From a virus: a DNA stretch of 64,000 nt. Location of the stretch: positions 27,396-91,395 of IMG/VR virus record IMGVR_UViG_3300020180_000014; one strand, written 5' to 3'. Both the position numbers and the translations under genes were made by a program. The notes under the pieces are model-generated. The model had not been told where the DNA came from, did not search any database, and saw only the letters and a list, made by a program, of their open reading frames with translations. Of this stretch, positions 35,565 through 45,304 are shown in pieces. Within the stretch, counting starts at the first letter, position 1; each line of letters begins with the position of its first letter.

Positions 35565-36953
35565 CTAGGCCGTTTTCTCCGTGATCGTCTGCTCGCCGCG
35601 ACGGACACTCCAGTCGTCCGGATCCATGTCGACATGGAGTGCGACCGTGGGGTACTCGTGCTGGAACTTCTTGACCATCGCGTGGATGACCTTGCGCAGG
35701 CTCGGATGCACCGTCTTGCCTGAGCGCAGCTCCAACACGTAGAGCAGTGCTGGTAGCGCGTACGTCACCGAGCACGGCACGCGGAACCCGAGTGCGATGT
35801 AGTACTGGCGCATCACCTCGCGGCTCGGTTCACCGGCACCGAGCTTGATGATCGCGAAGCGCTGTTCGTCGATCAACGTCTCAGCCTCCGCACGCAGGTC
35901 ACCAAGCTGTTCGAGGTACCACGGCTCGAAGCCCCAACTCTCGTCGAGCAGTGGCATGCGGCACACGCCGTTGCGGTGACGCTGGATGTCTCTGAACGAA
36001 CCGAAGTCGAGCAGGAAGTCCCACGTGAACGAGCACAGGTCGCTCATGAAGTGCGGCAGCACGGCGCCCTTGGGGCGCGTCTTGAGCAGCTCGTTGTAGC
36101 GCGTACCGTCCTGCATGATCTCCGAGAGCGGCATCCCCGGGCGGTTCCACGCCGGGTACATCTTCACGCCACCCTCGTCGTGGAAGTGGTGATAACGACG
36201 ATCAACGGAATACGTGAACTGCTTCGCGACGCGATGTTCCCAGTCCTGACGTACGTCGCGCGCGACCTCGTCCTTGTTGCTGACGCCACTGACCGATGCG
36301 AGGTTGAGCCCGAGCCCACTCGACGGATAGCGCTCCTTGAGCTGTCCGCGCAGTGCAACTGCAAGCTGCGAGATCTCGGGCGACGGGTGCGCGTAGAGCC
36401 CTGTCAGGTGATCGCCAGCCTGACGCAGGTTGGTGTGCCACGACAGCTGCGTCGTGATGCCTGCAGGCAGGAACCCGCGCAGGATGTCGAACGTACGGGC
36501 CTTGATGGCACCGTCGTACGCCGTCTGCTTCTCGGTCTCGCGCTTCGGGTACTTCGCGCGCAGGATCTCACCGACGATGTTCTGCTTGCCCGTGTAGAAC
36601 GCCATCCAACGTTCGAGGATCAGACCCGATGCAGCCGTACCGAACGGATCGACGATGTCACGCTTGCTCATGTCGATGTAGCGCGTGCTGGTTTCCTGGC
36701 CGCTGTAGAGCGGCCAGTCCTGGACGGCCTTCGCGGCGAGCAGTGACACGTCCTCGATGAACATGGTCGTCGAGCCGCAGTCGGCGATGCTCTTGTGTGA
36801 GTACCCGACGTAGTACTTCTCCATGAACTTGCTCGAACCGGTGCTCCTGACCTTTTCGAGGTGAACGTCCACGGATTCAGCGCTGCGCGAATACAGCGCT
36901 TGAAGCATCGCCACGTCTTCAGGGTTGAGATCGTCGATAACACGAAGTTTCAT
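35565..36953 (-). CDS. thyX: FAD-dependent thymidylate synthase (long two-domain form)
   Basis: YSHKSIAD...QETSTRY...FDILRGFLP...DFGSFRDIQRHR. Confidence 0.85.
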   Translation of the reverse strand: MKLRVIDDLNPEDVAMLQALYSRSAESVDVHLEKVRSTGSSKFMEKYYVGYSHKSIADCGSTTMFIEDVSLLAAKAVQDWPLYSGQETSTRYIDMSKRDIVDPFGTAASGLILERWMAFYTGKQNIVGEILRAKYPKRETEKQTAYDGAIKARTFDILRGFLPAGITTQLSWHTNLRQAGDHLTGLYAHPSPEISQLAVALRGQLKERYPSSGLGLNLASVSGVSNKDEVARDVRQDWEHRVAKQFTYSVDRRYHHFHDEGGVKMYPAWNRPGMPLSEIMQDGTRYNELLKTRPKGAVLPHFMSDLCSFTWDFLLDFGSFRDIQRHRNGVCRMPLLDESWGFEPWYLEQLGDLRAEAETLIDEQRFAIIKLGAGEPSREVMRQYYIALGFRVPCSVTYALPALLYVLELRSGKTVHPSLRKVIHAMVKKFQHEYPTVALHVDMDPDDWSVRRGEQTITEKTA

Positions 36954-36955
36954 GA

Positions 36956-38215
36956 TTAGTCCTTCACGCACTGCCACGTGGCGCCATGGCTGATGAAACG
37001 GATGGTTGATTCAGACACCGCGAAGCGACGCGCCAGTGCGGCCTTCGAAGTGCCGTCGACGAGAGCAGCGCGAATCTGTTGAACGGCTTCTTCGGTCAGC
37101 TTGGCGCGACCGTTCAGCGTCCCACGACGCGGCGCTTTGTGAACACCGTTGGCGGCGCCGCGTGCCGCACGTTCAGGGTGTTTGCGTAGACCGTGAGCGT
37201 TCCCACGCGCGAGACGTTCCGGTGATTGCCGCGCCCAGTGGCCGTCTCCGCGAGGACGCGCTTCTGGACACGTCCGAGAGCCGCTACGGTCGCCTGTTGG
37301 CCCGCGGACATGATGTTTCAGAACGCGCTTGATGCCTACTGCTGAACCGGCAACGGTAGCTGCTACCGCGTCCTTAGCCGCGTCACGAAACGCGCGCTGC
37401 ACGACGAGATCACGTGGCGGCAACATGTTCATGATGCGCGGTCGCCGTTGCACATCCGGTGATGCAGGCGTGACTGATCCAGGTTGTGCCTCGTTCAGGT
37501 ACGCAAGCGTATTCGCGAGGAACCGCATGCTGAGCAAGTTGATACCGACATGGAACGGATCCAGGTGCGTCGGGATGTTCTCTTGCATCTTGCGCAGGTT
37601 GGCTTCCTCAAAATCGAGAACGTCCTCGACGACCTGTGCGAGTTCCGTCTGTGAAAGTCGCCCAAACAGTGCGTCACCTTTCATGCGCGCAGCCAACTCG
37701 GGGCGCATACCGTCACGGTCCATCTTCGCGGTACGAAGATCCGCTGCAGCCTGTTTGGGTGTCACCCGTTCGAAGTAACTGGCCGTCCCTGGCTTATCAG
37801 CGTTCGACATCCACGAATAGGCGGTCGTGTCATAGTCCGCAACGATGAGGATCTGACCTTTCGTGACGAAGAGGTATGACGATTCCGGTTCGATGGTCCC
37901 CGGTAGCGGAAGATACGCGCGCGGCACTTGAACGATGAACGCTGCGTGAGGAAGGTGCTCCCAGTCGATCTCGGGTGCGCCGGTCAACGCAAACAACGCT
38001 GCCAGGCTGTGCGACAAGTTGTAGACGATCTCACCGGCTTGGACCCATCGATCCGCGAAGACGTTTTCCAACTGCGCCATGCGATGCGACTCCATAGACC
38101 AGTTGACTCGTTGAGCCATCGCGGCGTGAAGCTGCGCCACCTTCAGCGCGTCGTGCTTGATGTGACCGAAGACCGTGCCGATCTTCCGCAGGTTGTCGAA
38201 CATTTTTGTGCTCAT
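36956..38215 (-). CDS. chimeric ORF: hypothetical N-terminus fused to an HNH-endonuclease-type C-terminal DNA-binding tail
   Basis: HHVRG then RGDGHWARQSPERLARG...HPERAARG...NGRAKLTEEAVQQIR...LARRFAVS; no HNH catalytic motif seen. Confidence 0.55.
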   Translation of the reverse strand: MSTKMFDNLRKIGTVFGHIKHDALKVAQLHAAMAQRVNWSMESHRMAQLENVFADRWVQAGEIVYNLSHSLAALFALTGAPEIDWEHLPHAAFIVQVPRAYLPLPGTIEPESSYLFVTKGQILIVADYDTTAYSWMSNADKPGTASYFERVTPKQAAADLRTAKMDRDGMRPELAARMKGDALFGRLSQTELAQVVEDVLDFEEANLRKMQENIPTHLDPFHVGINLLSMRFLANTLAYLNEAQPGSVTPASPDVQRRPRIMNMLPPRDLVVQRAFRDAAKDAVAATVAGSAVGIKRVLKHHVRGPTGDRSGSRTCPEARPRGDGHWARQSPERLARGNAHGLRKHPERAARGAANGVHKAPRRGTLNGRAKLTEEAVQQIRAALVDGTSKAALARRFAVSESTIRFISHGATWQCVKD

Positions 38216-38361
38216 GGCGTCCTCGTCGACATGAACTTGCCAGAGCCAGACTGCTTCACCTTCTCCAGGTGGGCGTCGACGCTCTCAGCGGAACGCGAGT
38301 AGAGCGCCTGCAGCATGGCGACGTCTTCGGGGTTCAGATCATCAACGATGCGTAGCTTCAC
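38212..38361 (-). pseudogene. duplicated 5' fragment of thyX
   Basis: KLRIVDDLNPEDVAMLQALYSRSAESVDAHLEKVKQSGSGKFM vs ThyX KLRVIDDLNPEDVAMLQALYSRSAESVDVHLEKVRSTGSSKFM. Confidence 0.85.
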
Positions 38362-38506
38362 GATATGTCCTCGCGTTGGATGTTGCTGATCGGTTCGCTC
38401 CAACAGCTTCGCCGTTTGTGCGTCTCGTCTTTTCTGTTGCTGTCGTCACCCTGCACTCCTTGGCCTGCACGCTCGCGCGTCCCTACGCAGGCCGGTCATC
38501 ATGTTG

Positions 38507-38710
38507 CTAGCCGAGTAGCTCAGCTCCGGTCAACTTCAACGGGCCACCGTTGAGCTGAATGATCTGATCAGCGACTCGCTTCTGTTGCTTGCGGATGCCC
38601 GCAGCTAGATCGAGGCTGCCGTGGTTGCGCGCGATGTTGAACGCACGCGCCAGCGCAGCCGAGGCCTGGTTCAGCTCCTTGGTCAGGAGCGCTCGATGTG
38701 CCGGTGTCAC
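38507..38710 (-). CDS. small hypothetical protein
   Basis: GTGA overlap. Confidence 0.5.
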   Translation of the reverse strand: MTPAHRALLTKELNQASAALARAFNIARNHGSLDLAAGIRKQQKRVADQIIQLNGGPLKLTGAELLG

Positions 38711-39003
38711 GTGGACTGTCCTTGCGTCTCGACGTACTCGGCGATGATCATGCCGTGGCACGGCTGTGGCGCGCACCAACAACCAAGGCGCTTGCCCCGC
38801 AGCTGCATCACACGTCGACGGAACTCGGGATCCTTCTCGCAGCGTGCGTAGAAGTACTCCCTGTACTTCTGCAGCACGACCTGCCGATCCCCATCCTTGC
38901 CGAGGTGGTACGGATTGCCGAACGGCGACGAGCGATCGATCGCGACGTCGTAGTTGCTGGTCGTGCGCATGTTAACGACGACCGTGTCGACGATGGTCAC
39001 CAC
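38707..39003 (-). CDS. DUF4326-family protein
   Basis: IDRSSPFGNPY...LRGKRLGCWCAPQPCHG. Confidence 0.85.
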   Translation of the reverse strand: MVTIVDTVVVNMRTTSNYDVAIDRSSPFGNPYHLGKDGDRQVVLQKYREYFYARCEKDPEFRRRVMQLRGKRLGCWCAPQPCHGMIIAEYVETQGQST

Positions 39004-39006
39004 GAG

Positions 39007-39273
39007 CTACGCCGCCGATTCGGTCTTGCGCGACTTGTGATACGCCTCGACGAGCTTCTTGGGATCGCCGCCGGGTCCGAGTACGCCGAGGTAGTTGGCG
39101 GCGATCGTCGCGTCACAGACGTCGCCACCCAACGCGCACACTGGATGCACTTCCTCGATCGTGTTGACGATGGTCGCCATCCAACATGCGATCGGCTCGG
39201 TTGTGTACCCGTCACCGTCGACCTGATGAAACACCGCTACCCAGCCGGGCTGACACGCGATCAGATTGCTCAT
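39007..39273 (-). CDS. hypothetical protein
   Basis: LIACQPGWVAVF...PIACW. Confidence 0.6.
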   Translation of the reverse strand: MSNLIACQPGWVAVFHQVDGDGYTTEPIACWMATIVNTIEEVHPVCALGGDVCDATIAANYLGVLGPGGDPKKLVEAYHKSRKTESAA

Positions 39274-39309
39274 TGTCTGCTGCTTCCCCTAGTGCTCGTG
39301 CTCGTTGAA

Positions 39310-41010
39310 CTACGTCCGGCGGAACGTGTACAGCATGACGTCGCCCGCCCCGGTTTGCCGAGTGACGTCGAAGTGTCGTCCGAGGGCACCGCCCGCTTCA
39401 CGCAGTCGTGCAGCGAGCCCCTTGGGCGACTTGAAGAACGTCTGGTTGCCCGTCACCTTCGCGATCATCGCTAGCTCACGATGAAGGTCAGCGACACGCA
39501 CCTCGCGTCCCTGATTCGAGACATGGTCGAGCCACTTGTCGAGCAGCTCGATCAACTGATCACCTTCGCCGATGACGAGTGCATCACGCTCGGCTTGCAT
39601 CGCGGCCAGCATCTCGTCGATAGCCTCGGGCGACCAGTCACCGGGCGGTCCTGCAGGCTGGTCGAGCACGCGGCCGATCACGTGCGCGACGCGTGCGAAG
39701 TCGGCCATGCGATACGGCGACATCGACATCGGCTGAGGCTTCCGTAGCTCGCGGACGATCTCGTTGAGCCAGTAGAGCCACTCACCCTGCAGTTGTGGAC
39801 GCCAGCTTTGTGCGCGTTCGAGGAGCTGATCAGCCGAACCGAAGTTGTCGGTGCGCCGTTCGAGGCGAATGATCAAACAGCGATCTGCGAGCTGCCCTTG
39901 ACGGAACGTCGTAGGGTTGTTGCTCGTGATCTGCAAGAAACTGTGCGGCCGGATCACGTGTTCGGCGTCGTCGGTGAACAGTTTGCGCTTGGACCACGTA
40001 CCGCCGGTCGCGTACGAGCACAGCGTATCCTGGAGCCATTCGATCGTCGTGTTGACGTCGTCGATGATCGCGAGCGGTGAGCGCAAGATCTTGACACCGA
40101 AGTCCGGATCCTCTTTCTTGGGAATCGTCAGCGGCGCACTCTTACCGTGCAGTGTCATCGCAATGCGTTGCAGCGCGAACGTCTTGCCGGAGCCGGGCTC
40201 GCCCTCGACGAGCATCAGCGGCTTGGTCGGCATCAGGTCCGGGAACGCCATCGCGAACAACCAAATGCCGAGGCATGTCTTCTGGATTGCCGGTGACATG
40301 CTGCCCGATGTCGTTGGCACGTAGTTGAGGTCGTCGATCAACTGCTTCATCAGCTCGTGGTGATTGCCAACGATGGGACCGTCATCTGGCGGCGTATCGC
40401 AGTTGAACCCGCCATCGTCGTCGAGGAACACCGCTGAGCCATACCCGTTGTTGCGGATCTTCACCTCGTCGCCGTCGATCTCGTAGCAGGTACCGTCGTA
40501 GCGCGAGATGTAGAGTGTCTGGCGGCTACGATCCCAGTACGAGAACCGCCGCACGTCGCGCAGCAGACCTGTTGCGATCGTCGCGTTCTGAAGCGCGGAC
40601 ATCACGTGCCGCGTGAGCTGCTCGCTGGAGTTGAGCCCGTACGCGAGCTGCATGTAGCCCCGGAACTCGGGGTCCTTCTCGTCGATGCGGTAGAGCTTGC
40701 ACTGGCGTCCGTCGAACAGGTACCCGCGCTTGTCGGGTGTCTTCAGGAACGCGCCGTGGGGTGTCTTCCGGTTCTCGTGGAACGTGATGAAGTTGAACAG
40801 GATCCGGCGCTTCTGATCCTCGTTGTACTTCTTGTGGTAGCGGATGGCCCAGACCTGCGCACGCGTCCATGAATGCGGATCGCTGTTGGGACTGCTACCG
40901 CCACCGCCGCCACCACCCGGTGCTGGTGCGACGCTCGTACCGGTGCTCGCGTTAGCTGCAGCGTTCGCGGACGTTCCCGGAAACGGGATGATGTTGTTGC
41001 CGCCAGCCAT
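39310..41010 (-). CDS. primase-associated P-loop helicase/ATPase
   Basis: Walker A GEPGSGKT, Walker B IIDDV, ATGG...RKLFTD, ADR; GGAG RBS before MAGGNNII. Confidence 0.75.
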   Translation of the reverse strand: MAGGNNIIPFPGTSANAAANASTGTSVAPAPGGGGGGGSSPNSDPHSWTRAQVWAIRYHKKYNEDQKRRILFNFITFHENRKTPHGAFLKTPDKRGYLFDGRQCKLYRIDEKDPEFRGYMQLAYGLNSSEQLTRHVMSALQNATIATGLLRDVRRFSYWDRSRQTLYISRYDGTCYEIDGDEVKIRNNGYGSAVFLDDDGGFNCDTPPDDGPIVGNHHELMKQLIDDLNYVPTTSGSMSPAIQKTCLGIWLFAMAFPDLMPTKPLMLVEGEPGSGKTFALQRIAMTLHGKSAPLTIPKKEDPDFGVKILRSPLAIIDDVNTTIEWLQDTLCSYATGGTWSKRKLFTDDAEHVIRPHSFLQITSNNPTTFRQGQLADRCLIIRLERRTDNFGSADQLLERAQSWRPQLQGEWLYWLNEIVRELRKPQPMSMSPYRMADFARVAHVIGRVLDQPAGPPGDWSPEAIDEMLAAMQAERDALVIGEGDQLIELLDKWLDHVSNQGREVRVADLHRELAMIAKVTGNQTFFKSPKGLAARLREAGGALGRHFDVTRQTGAGDVMLYTFRRT

Positions 41011-41018
41011 CTCCGGTC

Positions 41019-41225
41019 TCAGCCCGCCGCCATCTGTCGACGCTTGCGCGCTACAGTTTCGACCTCCGTCCGAAGGAACACGGTGCGCCCGAGGACGCGC
41101 TTCGCTGTTAGTGTTCCCAGGTTTCGCCATCGCCACAACGTGGCGAGCGAAATGTCAAGGGCTGCCGCCGTCTGGGCGGGAGTCATGATGTCGCTGAGGC
41201 GCTTCGTGAGACTCACGGTGGTCAT
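41019..41225 (-). CDS. excisionase/MerR-like HTH protein
   Basis: MTPAQTAAALDISLATLWRWRNLG. Confidence 0.75.
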   Translation of the reverse strand: MTTVSLTKRLSDIMTPAQTAAALDISLATLWRWRNLGTLTAKRVLGRTVFLRTEVETVARKRRQMAAG

Positions 41226-41237
41226 GACGGTCCGCTC

Positions 41238-41266
41238 GAATTACATGAGCCAAACGCATACGTCAA
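41238..41266 (-). promoter_or_regulatory. sigma70-type promoter TTGACG-17-TAATTC
   Basis: CTCTTGACG on the minus strand, 17-nt spacer. Confidence 0.6.
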
Positions 41267-41404
41267 GAGCCCGAAAGTTATGCACAGGGATCTCTCGTCG
41301 AGAAGTTCAAATCGATCACGAAGATCCGCGTGATCAATTCACAGCTGTGCACAGCCTGTGAAGATCTCCATCCGGATCTGCGCGGTGTTGGCGCCCGATC
41401 CGGC

Positions 41405-41433
41405 TTGACAGATCTGCGCGACACTCTTAGCGT
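41405..41433 (+). promoter_or_regulatory. sigma70-type promoter TTGACA-17-TAGCGT
   Basis: upstream of the replication operon, divergent from 41266. Confidence 0.65.
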
Positions 41434-41478
41434 GCGGCTTCGAGTTTCGAGCACGGTCTGAGCACTAGGGGCTGAAAA

Positions 41479-43266
41479 ATGAGAGCTGCTACGGCGGGCC
41501 AGGGAAGAGCAACCCTGGTCGCGCACCCGACACGACGCGACTGGTTTGCGATCCCACCGGCATGGACGCCGGAGGTGTCGCCTGCGCCGTCTGTGCAGCT
41601 CGACGGACGCTGGGGTCCGCTGGTGCACCGTTCGCATCTGCCGATGCTTGCGAAGCAGCATCCCGACGTCTCACTTTTTTTGTCCGAGTACGGATCGCTC
41701 CAGCGACTAGATTCTGATCGCGACAGCGATCGAACCGTCTTCGACGCAACTACCGACGCCAACGGTTGGAAACTACGCGGCTATCAGCACGACGGCCGCG
41801 ACTTCATCCGCAACCGACGTGGCACGTTGCTCGCTGATCAGATGCGACTCGGCAAGACAGCACAGCTCGTCGCCGCGCATGAGCCCGACGACGGACCGTT
41901 GATTGTCGTCGCACCGCTCGCGACACGCGAGGTCTGGCTAGGCTGGTTCCGCCGTCGCTGGCCGGACATTCGCCCGACGGTGCTGCAAGGCAAGCGCGTC
42001 GCGTACCTCGATCCGAAGACGAAGAAGCCGTCGACGCGTCGAAAAGATCGCGGCTACGATCTACTCGAAGGCGAGTTCTTCGACGAGGAACAGCTCAAGA
42101 ACGCGCAGCTCGTGTTCATGAACTACGACATCCTTGCGGGCTGGAAGAACTTCGGCAACCGCCGCATCGGCACGCTGATCTTCGACGAGATCCACTTGCT
42201 CTCGAACAAGTCGAGTCATCGCAGCAAAGCCGCGCTGTACATGTCGACGGTCGCATCGCGCGTGATCGGCGCGACGGGCACACCTGTATGGAACAAGCCC
42301 GCCGGGCTCTACACGACGCTTGCTGCCATCTGTCCCGGTGCGTGGGGCAAGTACTTCGAGTACGCAACGCGCTACGCCGGAGGCCGCACGGGCGCGCACG
42401 GCTTCATTGCTGATGGCGCGTCGCACGAAGAAGAGTTCCGCCTGCGCATGCAGGAGGTGATGATCCGGCGCACGTGGCAGAGTGTCATTGGTCAGGTTCC
42501 GCCGATCACGCGCACCGTCGAAGTCGTTGAGATCACCGAGCGTCAGGCGTTCGCTGTCGAAAAAGAAGCCGAGCGCGTTCGCGTTCACGCCCACAAATCG
42601 ACGGTGATTGGCGCAACCGCGCGGTTCCGTCGCCTGCTCGCCAATCTCAAGCTCGACAGCTCCGTCGACGTCGCCAAGCGCGTGCTCGATGGCGGCGAGC
42701 GTGTGATCGTTTGGACGTGGCACCGCGACGTCGCGCTTCGAATCGAAGAGTCGCTCGCGAAGCAGGGTTACCCCGGCTTCGTCGTCTCAGGCGGCACGCA
42801 TCAGGACATCCGCGAGACGATCTACAACCGGTGGCGCGCCCACCCGTGTTCGCCGCTGTGCATCACACTCTCCGTCGGTCAAGTCGGCATCGACCTCAGC
42901 GCTGCACGTCAGGAAGTCTTCGCCGAGCTGGACTACACGCCCGCGATTGTTGCGCAGGCTGAGATGCGTCCGTTCAATGGCATTCAGCCCATCGCGGCGA
43001 CGTACGTGATCATCGATCACGACATCGAACGGAAGATCCTCGAAGCGCTACAGACCAAGTGCGAGCTTGCTTTCCGCCTGGGTGTACCGGCAGCCGAAAG
43101 CGCGATCGATGTCATCGCTAGCGGCTTCACCGGCATCGGTGGCGGCGATCTCACACCCGACGATCTCACGGCACTCGCATCAGCCGTCCTCGCGGATCAC
43201 CCCGAGGATGAAGACGACAACGACTACCACGGCACGCTGTGGAACTTCGACTGGGAGAAGGAATGA
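41479..43266 (+). CDS. SNF2-family helicase
   Basis: LRGYQ, LADQMRLGKT, DEIH, ATGTP, VGIDLS, QAEMR. Confidence 0.9.
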   Translation: MRAATAGQGRATLVAHPTRRDWFAIPPAWTPEVSPAPSVQLDGRWGPLVHRSHLPMLAKQHPDVSLFLSEYGSLQRLDSDRDSDRTVFDATTDANGWKLRGYQHDGRDFIRNRRGTLLADQMRLGKTAQLVAAHEPDDGPLIVVAPLATREVWLGWFRRRWPDIRPTVLQGKRVAYLDPKTKKPSTRRKDRGYDLLEGEFFDEEQLKNAQLVFMNYDILAGWKNFGNRRIGTLIFDEIHLLSNKSSHRSKAALYMSTVASRVIGATGTPVWNKPAGLYTTLAAICPGAWGKYFEYATRYAGGRTGAHGFIADGASHEEEFRLRMQEVMIRRTWQSVIGQVPPITRTVEVVEITERQAFAVEKEAERVRVHAHKSTVIGATARFRRLLANLKLDSSVDVAKRVLDGGERVIVWTWHRDVALRIEESLAKQGYPGFVVSGGTHQDIRETIYNRWRAHPCSPLCITLSVGQVGIDLSAARQEVFAELDYTPAIVAQAEMRPFNGIQPIAATYVIIDHDIERKILEALQTKCELAFRLGVPAAESAIDVIASGFTGIGGGDLTPDDLTALASAVLADHPEDEDDNDYHGTLWNFDWEKE

Positions 43267-44378
43267 CCAAAGCAGGAGAGCTAGAAGACTTCGAGGTCGA
43301 GGGTGGTACGCGCGAGCCCAACATGATCGTCCCGCCACCGATCGCGCAGCCAGACTACTTCACGATGAACGGCGATCCCAACCGCGTCCGCTTCGAGGAT
43401 GCGATGAACGAGATCTTCGGCCACCACAACATCGAGAAGATGGGTGGTGCATCTGGTCGTGGGTGGTCGAGTCACGCAACGTTCCAACGTTGTCCATACC
43501 TGTTCAACCTGACGTACCTTGAAGGTCAACGCGGGCCTGCATCACCGGCACTCGAAACCGGTTCGGCGTTCCATACGTTCCTCGCGCTCCACTACACGTG
43601 GATGCTCAACGGTGATCTGACGCTGACGCCATTCGTCGCGAAAGATTCGCTGCTTGCAATGAACGTCGACGCGAAGGCCGTGATCGAAGCGTTCCGTCTC
43701 TACGAGGCATACGCCGATCGCTACGACGGTGACTACCTCACGCCGATCGAGATGGAAGCGTGGGCACAAGATCCCGACGGCAACACGTGCCGCTTCGATA
43801 TGATCGCTGAGATCAAAGAAGCGCAGCCCGGTCTCATGCCGGGTGTCTACATCGTCGAGCACAAGACCGCTGCACGCTTCACCGCTGACGCACTCGAAGG
43901 CTGGCGCAACGACGGCGAAATCTTGGGCCAGATCATGGTCTGGAAGCGCGCGAAGCTCGACAAGAAGTACGGCAAGCTGCGCGGCACGATTGTCAACATC
44001 GTTGGCAAGCAGAAGGTCATCCAGTTCCATCGCACGATCGTGCCTGCACAGAAGTGGCACGTGCAGCAGCACATGGAAGACCTCAAGATGTGGTCCGCAC
44101 TACAGCAGATGTACGCGGCGGCGGGAGTTTGGCCGAAGGCACGCGCGAACTGCGTGACCAAGTTCGGTATGTGCAGTTTTTTCGATCACTGTGCTGAGAA
44201 TCAGAAACTCGTGCCGATTCGCAAGCGTGAGTGGGCTCCGCAGGCGCGTCCAGCGATCGCTGATCCGACTACGTCGCAAGTGGGACTTGCGATTACGAAC
44301 CCGATCGGGCAAACGTCGTCAGCTCCGGCTGGCGGCGTGAGTGACAACGCAGCAAAGAGCGAAGGGAGCATCGCATGA
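43263..44378 (+). CDS. PD-(D/E)xK nuclease (RecB/Cas4-like)
   Basis: FQRCPY...GSAFH...RFDMI...IVEHKT...C-terminal Cys cluster. Confidence 0.8.
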   Translation: MTKAGELEDFEVEGGTREPNMIVPPPIAQPDYFTMNGDPNRVRFEDAMNEIFGHHNIEKMGGASGRGWSSHATFQRCPYLFNLTYLEGQRGPASPALETGSAFHTFLALHYTWMLNGDLTLTPFVAKDSLLAMNVDAKAVIEAFRLYEAYADRYDGDYLTPIEMEAWAQDPDGNTCRFDMIAEIKEAQPGLMPGVYIVEHKTAARFTADALEGWRNDGEILGQIMVWKRAKLDKKYGKLRGTIVNIVGKQKVIQFHRTIVPAQKWHVQQHMEDLKMWSALQQMYAAAGVWPKARANCVTKFGMCSFFDHCAENQKLVPIRKREWAPQARPAIADPTTSQVGLAITNPIGQTSSAPAGGVSDNAAKSEGSIA

Positions 44379-45265
44379 AGGTCATCGACGTCAGCAAGCC
44401 CGGTAAGATCCAGCGCGTCACCGCGCTCTCGTACGGGCAATCTCGCGCGGGTAAGACGCGCTTCGCCGGTTCGTGGCCGCGTCCGCTGTTTCTGAGCGAT
44501 GCGACGGAATCTGGTTGGACCACCCTCTCGAACATGGATCGCAACGCGTTGTTCGAGGTCGAGCGCTCGCCGATCGTGTGGTCGATCGAGAAAGCCTCCG
44601 ACATGATGCAAGGTGTCCACGACGCTGAAGCACTCGTCAAGCGCGGCGAAGTTCACACCGTCGTCGTCGACTCGCTCACGTTCTACGCGGATCTGTTCTT
44701 CAACACGCTCGATGCTGCAGGTGGCAACCGCGCCGACGGTCGTCAGCTCTACCAGAAGCTCGGTCAGCACCTGAAGAACCTCCGCGAACAGATCCATCTA
44801 CTCGGCTGCAACGTCGTCTGGCTTGCGCTGGAGAAGCCGCCGGGCGAAGACACGCCGATCGGCGGGCCGATGTTGTCGGGTCAGAACGCCGCGAAGTTCG
44901 CCGCTGGCTGCGACTACGTGTTCTACCACCGCAGCTTCCAAGCACAGCCGAACCAGCCGCTGCAGTTCGAGATCCGTACGCGCAAGTACCAGCACTACCA
45001 AGCGGGCGGTCGCGACGAAGGTCGTCTGCCCGATCCGCTCGGCTACGTGCAAGCCGTCGAAGGTGGCAACGACATCTTCGTCGCCGACTGCACGTACCGC
45101 ACGCTCGCCGAAGCGTTGGGCATCTTGCCCATCGCTGACGGTGTATCGATCGCTGCTGCGACTGATGATCCAGTCGCTGTTGCGACCAACGGCAAAGGCA
45201 AGGCTCCACAAGCCCGCCCGACGCCGCCTCCCACGTCTCAACCTGGTCGGAGCACGACCAGGTAA
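44375..45265 (+). CDS. AAA_24 ATPase (Sak4-like recombinase)
   Basis: YGQSRAGKT, VVVDSLT; sits between nuclease and SSB. Confidence 0.8.
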   Translation: MKVIDVSKPGKIQRVTALSYGQSRAGKTRFAGSWPRPLFLSDATESGWTTLSNMDRNALFEVERSPIVWSIEKASDMMQGVHDAEALVKRGEVHTVVVDSLTFYADLFFNTLDAAGGNRADGRQLYQKLGQHLKNLREQIHLLGCNVVWLALEKPPGEDTPIGGPMLSGQNAAKFAAGCDYVFYHRSFQAQPNQPLQFEIRTRKYQHYQAGGRDEGRLPDPLGYVQAVEGGNDIFVADCTYRTLAEALGILPIADGVSIAAATDDPVAVATNGKGKAPQARPTPPPTSQPGRSTTR

Positions 45266-45304
45266 GTGTTCGAGTCACTGCAACCCTAGAAAGAGAGCAA
45301 TCCG

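Noticed and set aside
41019-41225. evidence of a prophage (excisionase)
   Set aside because: No integrase, att site or host genes in the window; this HTH type is also a common regulator
43263-44378. CRISPR-associated Cas4 / CRISPR locus
   Set aside because: No repeat-spacer array or other cas genes; nuclease-ATPase-SSB context indicates a recombination module
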